A stretch of DNA of 64,000 bases from Azolla caroliniana (taxonomy: Eukaryota; Plantae; Polypodiophyta), in NCBI GenBank assembly GCA_043228905.1, contig JBHGNT010000014.1, positions 18,042,001 to 18,106,000 on the forward strand, given 5' to 3'. The notes below the pieces were generated by a model that saw only the letters and a program-made list of their open reading frames with translations, searched no databases and was not told where the DNA came from. A program made the translations under genes and the position numbers. Below are positions 50,172 to 61,400 of the stretch, piece by piece. Every line of letters begins with the position of its first letter. The first letter of the stretch is position 1.

Positions 50172-52181
50172 TTTCCTTTATCATCATTTCTCGTCTCATG
50201 CTTGCATTTCCTTATGCTCACTAGCCTCAACCGGGTGTCACGACTCGTCTGCTTCGACCTCCGCCTAGGCCGGTTCAACTTTTGTCTGTCCCGACCAATT
50301 AGCTTCTGGCTTGGTCGACCTTCCTCCGGATTCGCATTCGGCCGAATTAGACTCAGACGATCGACTTTCGTCCGGGTCAGTTTCCATCCGGTTTTCGGTT
50401 GGGTCAGGCCCATTTGATCAACTCTCGTTCGGGTCGGCTTCCGTTCGGGTCGGAATACCAACCGCGTCATCTTCCATCCGGATTGTATTCTGGTTCTTCC
50501 TTTCTTGCCGCTATCTGGCTCTTCATTGAACTCTATTGTAGCTTTGTTTTTGGGGTCCTTGTTGGCCACCGTTCCTCCGTATGCGCTGGCGTCGACCCTC
50601 ATCTCCTCGCCGCCACCTTCCATCTCTCCGGTCTTATGTTCGCTCTCGGGCACAACTGCCGAAGTCTCTAGAATCGGTGTGGAGGGATTCCTTCGTTTGT
50701 GGTCATCCTCCTCATCGTTGTTTCGGTCCTTCGATTTCCGGCCGCCACCTTCCGTCTCTCCAATCTCACGTTGACACTCGGGCACAACTGCCGAAGTCTC
50801 AGGAACAATTGTGGGGAGAACCTTGACACCATCGGTCACCGTCTTCTCATCCGTAGCCATCTTTCGCTCAATGTTGTTATTCACATTGTCTTCAATATTT
50901 TCTTCCCCACCACTTTCCGTCTCTTGGGTCTCATGTTGGCTCTCGGACGCAACTGCCCAAGTCTCTAGATCAAGTGTTGGGAAAGTCTCGACACGGTCAT
51001 TCACCGTGGACTCTTCCTTAGCCATCTGCGACTCGATGTCGTTCCTCGTGGCTACCACCTCAATCACGTCGACCTTGCACTCTTTACATCCCTTGATCAC
51101 ACAAGCTTCCCTCATGCTTGCACCTTCATTACTCGATATTTCGGACACAACATGTGTTCCGAAATGCTCGTCCACTCTTAAAGCAGCATTTCCCGCTCTC
51201 GAGTCTTCGGCCTTTCTCTTGACCGTCGTTCCTCCATAAGTCGAGAAGGTGGCTTGTTTCACACCTTCTCCCATGGTACTGTCATACCAAACCTGGGCCT
51301 TCGTATTGGCCGCACCATTAGTCTGCATTTGTCGGGAGGTCTCCTCTTCGTCGATCACCATTTTCCTCGGTTTTGTTTTCAGCTTCTCTTCAACCTCAAC
51401 TTGTGCCTTTAAGTTCATTAATGCCTCTCTCATCAAGGCTTCTATGTTGAGTTCTATCGAAGCTTCCCTCTTCGAGCTTTCTTCCTTCAGTGGGTTTTTA
51501 TTGCCACATCCCATTCTCCTTTGAACATCCCTTGTGGGTCGTGTTGTTGTCGATGAGAGTCTCATCTCCCTCTTATCGTGTTGTCGGCATACCCTTTCCA
51601 CTTTGGCCCAATCCTCAGTGAGGCCATTTTCACCATTGTCATCCTCGAGTTGGATTCCAATGGCCTTCCTTTCATTCCGATCGATTGACTTTACAAACAT
51701 CAGAACTTTATTCACCCCCACCAATCTTCGATCCCGGTCCGAGAGTTGAGCGAAGCGATACTCAAACTCAACGAATGCATGCATAGCACTCTGGTGGGTC
51801 TTTCTCGATGACACCCATTCGTGAAACTCATACAGACCTTCGTCCCTTTTGCTCTTCGTAACCATATGATTCTCGTAAAGCTTCTTTGAAGGACACCCAC
51901 GAATCGTGAGTTTTTTGAATCTCTTTAATCTCTTCGAAGATCGGTTCGGCCACCACTCGACAAAAGTACTCCAGCCTCATTACTTCCTCCACTCCTCTTG
52001 AATCCATTTTGGCATTGTAGGCCTTTAGAAATTTTTGGACTTTGCCTCCATTGAAAAACCTGACTCGCTTGATCATGCTTTCGATGGCTTGTTGGGCCGC
52101 ATGTCGTGTTTTCCCTTCTCTTGAAAACTCCATCATCATCTTTGACATTGCCTTCATTAGATATTCCTCGTCCAGCTTCAT
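50172..52181 (-). pseudogene. Gag-like ORF of the outer element (frameshift near 51830; continues in frame at 38555-38227 after removing the Copia insert)
   Basis: FNGGKVQKFLKAY...SWVSFKEALRESY helical gag-like N-terminus followed by an acidic low-complexity tail. No PR/RT/IN motifs. Confidence 0.7.
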
Positions 52182-52219
52182 CCTTCCCTACCGCTCTTCA
52201 CGTCGGGTTCACCAAAAAC

Positions 52220-52884
52220 TGTCGCAAAGATGCACGTGCGAGCGTGCTTCCTTGAGCGGGACCACCGGGGTCTTGGACCAAGGAGGATGTCCGTCAAGGT
52301 ATTGAGAAGAGGAAGATGTGAATGTAAGATTGGAGGAAGACCTATTACACTTGAGAAGATTGAAGATTGTACACTTTCAAAAGTAGATAAATAATTACAA
52401 GATAGATGCGAAGAAGAAGAAATAGAAGCTTATATTATTGATGGTGATGATGATGATCATATCATATTGAGCCCCCCCCCTTTACACAAGCCGTACTAGG
52501 GGTTTTATAGGTTTGTCCATGCACAAAACCATGGGCTTGGAGCCATGGTTTCTATGCACACAGTTTTGCTTTGTGACATGCAGGAAACCATGGGCTTAAA
52601 ACCGTGGTTTTGTGTACACGGTTTTGTTCGTTTGTTTCCTACGGAATACTGAATATGAGAAAGAAATATAGAACATCTAAAGCACTTAGTAGTAGCTTTA
52701 GTGGTAAGGTAATTGCCTCTTATCTTAGAGGTGTAAGGTTCAAATCCTACTTGCAACCCTCTACATGCACTCAATGCCATTGTGACCTAGGTTTATTTAT
52801 TTTCATTTTTACAAGTATTCGTGAAATGTGTGTGGATCCTCAATTTTTGACTTTTTCTTGCACTAGACATGCCACATCACGACA
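52220..52884 (-). repeat. 5' LTR of the outer gag-only element (665 bp)
   Basis: Matches 37610-38271 and is followed on the minus strand by the tRNA-Trp PBS. Confidence 0.95.
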
Positions 52885-52888
52885 ACGT

Positions 52889-53110
52889 AACATCCAAATT
52901 GGGAGGTCTAATAAAAATATCTCTAATCTCCTTACAAAGGTAATACTAGGCAGCGCTTGGATAATATTAAACCCAAAAAATCATGCAACATTGTGGGGGA
53001 TATACCTTTTCTTTGTTATCTTACCCTCCACTAGATTGTATCATTATATGCTTTGTATATGCTTATTGGATTGGTAATGGAAACAATGATGTAGTTTTGT
53101 TTTAAAATAA
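52889..53110 (+). mobile_element. Old gypsy integrase remnant, right part
   Basis: NIQIGRSNKNISNLLTK joins YYTQR to give a motif resembling YYPQxNGQxExxNK. Confidence 0.6.
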
Positions 53111-53113
53111 ATA

Positions 53114-53304
53114 AATAAATCACACAATATTGTGGGCATTTTTAGCTTTATCTCATCTTCCACTAGGTTTGTGGACAAGAAGCAATTATGCTAGTTTACT
53201 TCTCAGTAGGAATAAATCACACAATATTGTGGGCATTTTTAGCTTTATCTCATCTTCCACTAGGTTTGTGGACAAGAAGCAATTATGCTAGTTTACTTCT
53301 CAGT
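53114..53304. repeat. Apparently exact 94-bp direct duplication (period 97)
   Basis: aataaatcacacaatattgtggg...cttctcagt at 53114-53207 and 53211-53304. Confidence 0.92.
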
Positions 53305-54419
53305 TCCTAGTCTACAAATCACAATTCAATAGTGATGGGAAGGTAATCCCATACCTATGTTTTAGAGAACCTTGAAGAACTAATGGGGACAAGTTGTCTT
53401 GTTTTTCACAAATTCCTTATGGAGAAAGCACACAAGAACGCATGGCATGAAAAGAGGATAAAAACAAGGACCTTGAGGAAATGGCATATATACCTTATGT
53501 TCTCCTCCAATATGTTTCAAAAGAAGCTCAAACTTAGGGGATGATGACTCTTACATGTTGACAGAAATCACCAAGACCAATGCTTGAGAGTTAAAGAATC
53601 TTGACAAAGAGAACCTCTCAAGCTTTATGAATGGGAGTAAACATAAACACAACAATGGATGAGGAAATAAAGAGAACCGCCTTATTGGAGGGACATTGAA
53701 AATTTGTAGAAATCTAAAACTCCAACTTTATGGGATGTGACATCTAATCAACATTGTGTTTGGTACAAAGGGTGATAGAGTATTGTACCTTCCTTGACAA
53801 TTAGGAAGCAGGGAGTTAGATGTGCCATTGTAACAAATTTGAGCTCACTCATTTGTGTAACACAAGTGTTGTAGTCATAATTGTCAAAGTCCACATTATG
53901 ACAGTTGTCACTCTCCTAGAGGCTTGTATCTAGGTCAAGATTGGTGTGACAAAAGTTGGTGTATGGTTAGTCAATCACACCTACCTTACAAATGTTCTAC
54001 TTCTCGATGCTAAAAGAACTAGTTTTTTATATACTCACCCATGTTTTACAATAAAACAAGCTAACACACATTCCAATAATTATTTGTTGTTCGAAGGTAT
54101 GAAATGGAAGAAAGTTCATGATGTTAAATAATAAGAAAAGTAAATATAATTGTTTAGGATATAGGACTCTTTTTAGTATGATAGTGATCATTGATCAGGT
54201 GACCCAATGATTAATAAACTACGATTAATCACATGATAGCAACATGCTATGTAACATAAGTCCCCGATTGTAAGGGAGTGATATGTGCATGTGACTATCG
54301 ATAAACTATGTTTCAAATTCTTGTTTTCTTTTGTCTAATACAAATCCATTTATCTATAGTTATTTGTTGATTTATGCACTAAGAAAACATAAATAGATGG
54401 TGGTCATACATGATATTGT

Positions 54420-55410
54420 GTTGCATTAGTATTGATTCCTAATTCTACATGCCATTAACATTTCCTACTTTTTGTGGTTCTCACCAAAGTTGTCATAGTG
54501 AAGAGGCGAGAGGGAAGAAGGAATTGGAGGTAGAACATTGCTACTCAAAGTGTTTTGTTATCCATCAAACATCACACCTTTGATTCTATGGCATTGGAAA
54601 ATTTCAGGTGTGTGTGAAAAATGTAAAGAGAAACCAAATTTAACTTGAGCCAAGGAAGAGAACTTGTTGATGAAGAGTTGCACAGTCAACAAGTGGGATG
54701 ACATTCCTTTGCTCCTTTGAGTCAAGTTTCTTGCCTTGATTTGCTCAAGTATACTTGAAAACATGCACTCTATGTGCGGGAAATGTGTTTGTATAAATGT
54801 GAGTGTGAGAGTTTATGTACTCTTGCTTGCGGATATTTTCAAGTGGGAGTGCATATGCAAATGTGTGTGTTTGTGTAAATCCATTTACCTTCAGTTCTTT
54901 GTGACTTATGAAAATAAAAGAGGTGAGTAAATGGTGTTAATTTATGGTATTATTTTGCATTAATATTTATTCCTAATTCTTTTAACATTTCCTACTTTAT
55001 GTAGTTGTCACAAAATTGGTCATAGCTAAAGTGGTGAGAGGGAAGGAATTGGACATAGAACATTGCTCATAGTGTTTTCTCATCCAATTAGACATCTCAC
55101 CTATGATTCTATATTGTCGGAAAAATTCACATGTGTGTTTGATATGTAAAGAGGAACCGATGGGAATCTGAACCAAGGAAGACGACTTATTGATGAAGGG
55201 TTGTACAGACACTCCCCTTGGCTTCTTTAGGTTGATTTTCTTGCTTTGATTTGATCAAATACACTTGAAAACGTGCACTCAATGTGCGGGAAAGTGTGTT
55301 TGTTATCAACATGAGTGTGAGTTTGTGTGTGCATGCTTGTGGATCTTTTTCAAGTGGGAGTGCATACGCAAATGTGTATGTGTTTGTATTCAATTGTTTA
55401 TGCATGTATA
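54420..55410. repeat. Diverged ~530-bp tandem duplication
   Basis: Collinear similar segments starting tgcattagtattgattcctaattct (54422) and tgcattaatatttattcctaattct (54956). Confidence 0.8.
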
Positions 55411-58400
55411 ATTTTGGAAGTGTTCTTTATGTGCTTGTGTCCATGATTTTGTTAGCTTGAGAGTGCATGAACACATTTATCTAAATCGGGCTGAAAGAGG
55501 GGACAAAGGAATACAAGTGAGGTCTAGGCTTGGTGTCAACCCTAGGTTTGGGGTAATGGGGGTGTATGCTCGGTCATGTTCCTTAGTCATCAACACAACA
55601 ATTGGTAGTAGTACTACTTTGAAGGGGACCACACCTGTCATTTACTCCTTTGTGCCCTCCCTCGCTTTCCCTCGTCAGTTCTTGACTTGTAATGTAAATG
55701 CCTTAATTGTGGGTGTTTCCATGAAGGAACCCCTTTAGTTGAACCTTCATTTCGACAAGTCCATGCGACGGTTCATGTCCAATCATGAAGCCCACCTAAT
55801 GGCTTGAATTCCCTCCAAAAGGGTTCCCTTTTTAGACGATGCTCGTATGGACAAGTCTAGGACACAATGGTTAATGTCCTATTATACGAAAAAATCCACG
55901 CGACAGTTTAATGTTGGTCCACAATGGATGGCCATTTCTCGAGTTCAAATGTTATCCAATGGGAGGGCACTTGATCTTACATAATCTAAACATGCAAGTT
56001 TGAATCTTGTCGCTTGAAAAGTTTTAATGTGAAGCTTGATTCCTTGTTTTTGCCTAAGCTTGAGCATCACCCAACAAGAGGCATCAATGGTCTTGTGGAT
56101 GGCATCTAATCCCTCGATATTTCTTCCCTCAAACAAAACCCACTAGTGAATTCTAACTATAAGATATAATACTAGGTTTTGTGAATAAGTTTCAAGGAAT
56201 ATTGTAGTTATAATTTCCGCATAGTTACAATGGGTTTGAAAATGTGAAACAAAGTAACTCAATTATCCAAATTTTGTAATTATAAAAAGAAATGAAAATA
56301 AAAGGAGATTTGTAATTACGGATTCCATACCAGATCTGAAAATATTATTTGAATTACGTGATTAGAAAGCCCTTTTCATTGGACCAAAACCCTAAGAAAA
56401 ATATGAGATAAGATTATAAAAGTGTCGAATGTTATATCATTGATTTCTAGTGTTGCAAGCCTATCATCGACGACCACATTGTCTTGGTTGTCATAGGCCT
56501 CCCATGTGTCAAACTACACATAATACAAGTGAAACTGCAAACCTTTGTAAGGGCTCTTCCTAATTCGATATATCTCCCTAGAGCTAAATCTTAAGTGTCT
56601 CTCTCTCTCTCTCCCACGATGATTTCCCTAATTATAAGTTATAAGTTAAATTTTTGTGTCCTCGTAATTTGTAATTATTCTAAGCATGGATTAATGGAAC
56701 ATTGTTTGTGATTTTTCGCCTTGTGGCTCTTCTATTGAGTGTCCAAATTATGGTAAATTTTCACACAATTAAGTGTTTAATTAAACTCGTAAGTACTGAT
56801 TAAATCATGAAATGGGATTAGATTTTGCCTTGGTAGTTATTCTATGCCTAAGTAGCTTGACAGTAATTGAGAACACAAAATCTAATCCCACTCACTTGCC
56901 TCACCAACAAAATGGTAGACAATGGTATATCTTTTCACACCGACCTCAAGGTGGTTCTCAAGAAAAACACACAAGCGAGAAGTGATCTTCACTAATGATA
57001 CAAAAAGACATTGCATAGACTATATTAGACATATGCCTAGTTATTTATTAGGTGGGTCAACATTCATAGATGAAACTCATGAAAACCATGATAAAAAATA
57101 TCTACTTAGCCCTCGAAATAACCCCAACCAGCTATCAATTTACTAGAATCATGATGGATGAAACCACTAGGAAATGGAAACTATTTCACACACCACCTCT
57201 ACATCAACACAAAGCAATTGATCATGGCCAATCAAAGATATGCAAACAAAACATCTCAAAGCTTATCTAAAGCTACAAGTAAACTTTGTAGTACCTTCAA
57301 GTGTAGCAAACCACCTACTTGGCTGCAACCCCCTAAAAAGTGCAAGAAAACACACACTACATTGACCACAACAACCACAAACATCAAGCTACACCACCAA
57401 CCATGCTCAAAGAGGACCTCAAAACAAAGTTGGAAAACAAACCACACTAGCTCAAAGAAAGGTCAACCAGAATGAAGTTGTCACCACCAAGGAAGAATTT
57501 GTCCATGCCATCATGAGAAATATAAGGCCTATAAAGCTATATAGGCCTCATCAAAGTTTTATGACCTTGATTGATTGATTGATGGCAAAGAGATATCGTT
57601 CTATGAGTCTTCTAACTAAGGGTTGCAAATATGGAACAAGGAGAAGTGCACTTCAGGAGAGAACTCTACAACAACAAGAAACAAGTGTGGCGTACCAAAA
57701 GTAGCTCAATACAATTAACAAACAATTGATGCATCATCAATATGACACAAGGGAGATAGCAACACCTTCACACAATATCAAATATAAGCATTTGCAACAG
57801 AGACAAATTTGGGGTCATCTCAGCAAACTTTTAACTCCCTTATGGTTGATCAATTCATAGCCCTAGATGAGCACGAACCGGTTATGGGATGTTGCCTCGA
57901 AGAAATTAAGAGGAAACTCATCTTAGCATATGAAGAGGCCACCACCACCACCTCTACGACAATAGAAGCAAAGGCTAGCCTACCTAATTGATCCACATTG
58001 CAACTAGGGTACGTCACTTATTTGATGACATCAAAGTCTATATTCAATCGCCAAAGAGCCAGATGTATACCACTTATCTCATAGGAAAGGACATATAGAG
58101 CGACATTTGAGGAAACCATGGATAACCTCCATCAATGACTGGTTAATAATCATATTCACATAATCACTTAATAGAAACACATATACATGAAAGTGTAAGT
58201 TTGCACACACACATAAAAAACATAACATGTTCACACAATGACACGCACATATGCACCCAATTTCACAAAGAGATAAGCCAAACAAACACAATCCTCCCCC
58301 ATACACTCACACTCATTGCATATAGCACATTAAAATATACAAGGTATACAAAATGCCCACCCACATATAAACCTCAAATATACTACAAATACATATGTAC

Positions 58401-61400
58401 CCATGTGAACTAAGAAGGGAAAAACACAAGGGAAATGTCACGTGATCATGTGCTAACATACCCCCTTGATTCCTCTTCATAAGCAATGCTGCCAAATTCA
58501 TCTTCTAGGCTTTAGGACCCTGGTGGTCCCGCTAGCAACTTTTACATTGTTCTTGTTGGATTGTCAAGGAAACATATCTTAGATATTTCTAAATCTCTTG
58601 TTTGCGTGTGCACGTGAACTATTACAGAATTTGTGATCGATTTTCGATTAATTCTTATTGGTAAAAATTATTTACCAAGCAACGCAATCATATCAATACC
58701 ATTTTGAGAAAGATATACATATTGCTTTTGTCAAGAAGCAATATTTTTATAAATTCACCTAGATTTTGCGTCCACTTCTTTCTTAGATCTTGAGATATAG
58801 ACATTTTTATGACGAATAAAACTAATCCATTAAAAATATCTATGTATTTGTCATTGTTATTATCATAAGTATACACGTTATTGATTGGTTTAATTATAAT
58901 TTTCAATTTTCTAAGCAATATATTATTATTTTGCAAGTTTTAGATAGAAGTTTCATAACATTTTAATAAAAAGGTAAAAAGGTAACGCGGTTGAACATGT
59001 CAAAAACTCTAGTACTTTGTTCGGTTAATTGAATTATCTTACTAAAAATAAGACCATGTCATTGTCTCTAATTATTTATGGATTGTTTGAAGAGTATTTC
59101 TTGACTTCTATAAGCACAAATAGAAAGGTATACATACATGTTTGTAATGGGCGTTGTCGTTATACTCCATATAAGCGTAATAAGTGTATTTCCTCAATAA
59201 CGCTTTTGGCCGATAATCTTTTGAGAGATTACATCTACATACGACTGGACAAGTATGAGATTGAACTAGTTATTGATATCATGTCTACAATTTCTACATG
59301 CAATGATTGTTTTCTCGTAGGATTCAATTAGTTTATGATAAATGCATTCACGGTTTTTACATGCAATTAATGTTTTCATGTGTGTCATTTGAGCTATAGA
59401 AACTACTACATTATGCCCTTACATTCAACGTTACAAAGACATGACCATGTGTCCATCAAGTCACTTCGACTACACACATTCCCATCAGTATGTGCATCCG
59501 CAAATTCCTGGGTGTGATTAAAATATGACCCGTTTTTCTTTCACCCACTTCCATCCATGCAAGAGGCATGTCTTGCATAAATGATCACAAGAAGCATAAT
59601 CAAAGGCAAAGGATACTACATAATAACATGACATGAGAAAAAGGCTAGCAGTATTTTCATGTGATTGACTGTACAAGCATAATAAGGTGATAAAATGTAT
59701 CATTTCCCATGCATGCATTCCTAACTGATTAGTTGACAACTTTTACACATCACTAACAAAAAACATTGTGTAATAAATATCTTTTAGAACGCACAATCTC
59801 TTTGACTCCTGCAACACAAATAGATCCATTTCCCACACGTCGAGTTTTTTCGAATTTGGGATTTGGAAATACATATGTTTTTTAAGGCATATTTCACATT
59901 GTTCTTGGTACTTCTAGATAATCAACCTTTTTATACATTTGATACAAAGCTCACAATTTTGACTTTGAGGAACCACAACAATATTGTTTAGGTCATTGGT
60001 TTATAAATTTCAAATGAAATTCATATGGTAGTTAACATCAGTGTGATCTTTAGAATAGCAGTAGTTGTGATATTTCATTAAAGGATGTGGATCATCAAAT
60101 AAACATTCACAAGACCTTATACAAGCAACTCTTAAAAATCTTTATTGGGCCACTTTATAAACTCACTATAGCATGCTTTTATAAATAGTACTCATGCATT
60201 GGCAAATGTATGTAATTCTACATCAATGACAATTCAACATAATTCTCATTGGAGTTGAGTCTTTTGAGGCTCAATGGAAAATATTTTACCATTGCATTTA
60301 ATTGTTTACATGTTGTTATTATGAAGCATAATGTTTGTGTGCCTAAAATCCATGTCTGCATATGAACACTGACTTTCCTATATTATGCAAGTAGATGCCA
60401 CGATCACTGTTACCAACAACGTTATCATATCAATTTATTTTCTATTATATTTAGGTGGGATAGGAAAGGCAATCAAAAACATTGTTGAAAACATCAAAGG
60501 AATTAGTACTCGAGTTAAAACACACTACAATATATCGCAATCCTTACAACAAATTTGGTTGATTGCAATGAAAACAAATGTTTAATTAATAACCACGTAA
60601 CCTTGATCGTTACAATAAGCGTGCTTTTTCGACCAATATCATGACAAAATGATATTTTAAACATTCACTAATGGGTGTCAGTGTTTTTCGTGAACAAATT
60701 ACATGTTTCAACCAAAGTGAGGATGTATATTGTTCCTTCGTGTTTCATTAAAGGATCATTTTGGCACGAGATTGCTTTGTTCTTTATCATTCTTCCTTGA
60801 TTTTATGGACAAGTGAATCATCTTATCGTTTGGGGAAATGTGGTAACTCATATTCATCTACCTCGAACTACTAGCATAGATCTTGGTATTGTACAAATTT
60901 TAGTTTAATATATTTGCATTTTTATTACGCCAAACCAATTCAATTGATATATTGAAATGTATAATGGTTTACCCACTCGAGGAATGTGGTGAGACACATC
61001 CTTCACCCATGTTGTAACTTGGAACCATAGCTCCTGGTTGTTACCCTCGGGATCCGTTTAACATGGCACAACACTAAAGAAATACGCACCATAAGAAAGG
61101 TCAACGATATCTTTAAGATGAAAACAAATGTTGCCAAAATGTGTCGAAAATTGCCTAAAATATGCTTATATAATACAAAACAAAATTAACAAAAGCACGC
61201 TCATTATCTTTTTCAAAGCTATACTTCATTAGAGTTGAAGCTCTTAACCACGTGACAATTAAGGTTGAATGCATCATTAATGCATCATGCCATATTTAAA
61301 GTATATGTTACCTTAAACAACCTAATTTGAATGTATGCTCTAAATCGAATACAATTATAATAATTGTCTTTGAAAGAGAACCTAGATCTGATTGCAAAGT

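Larger units (their letters stand above)
37610..52884 (-). mobile_element. Non-autonomous gag-only LTR retrotransposon (~3.66 kb once nested inserts are removed)
   Basis: Near-identical LTRs 37610-38271 and 52220-52884 (TG..CA), 4-bp TSD ACGT, tRNA-Trp PBS at 52197-52214 and PPT-like GGTGGGGGTGGA at 38272-38283. Confidence 0.92.

Noticed and set aside
55700-58100. Possible LINE remnants
   Set aside because: Only weak W-x-x-RN-like hints with no RT or endonuclease motif, so too degenerate to call.
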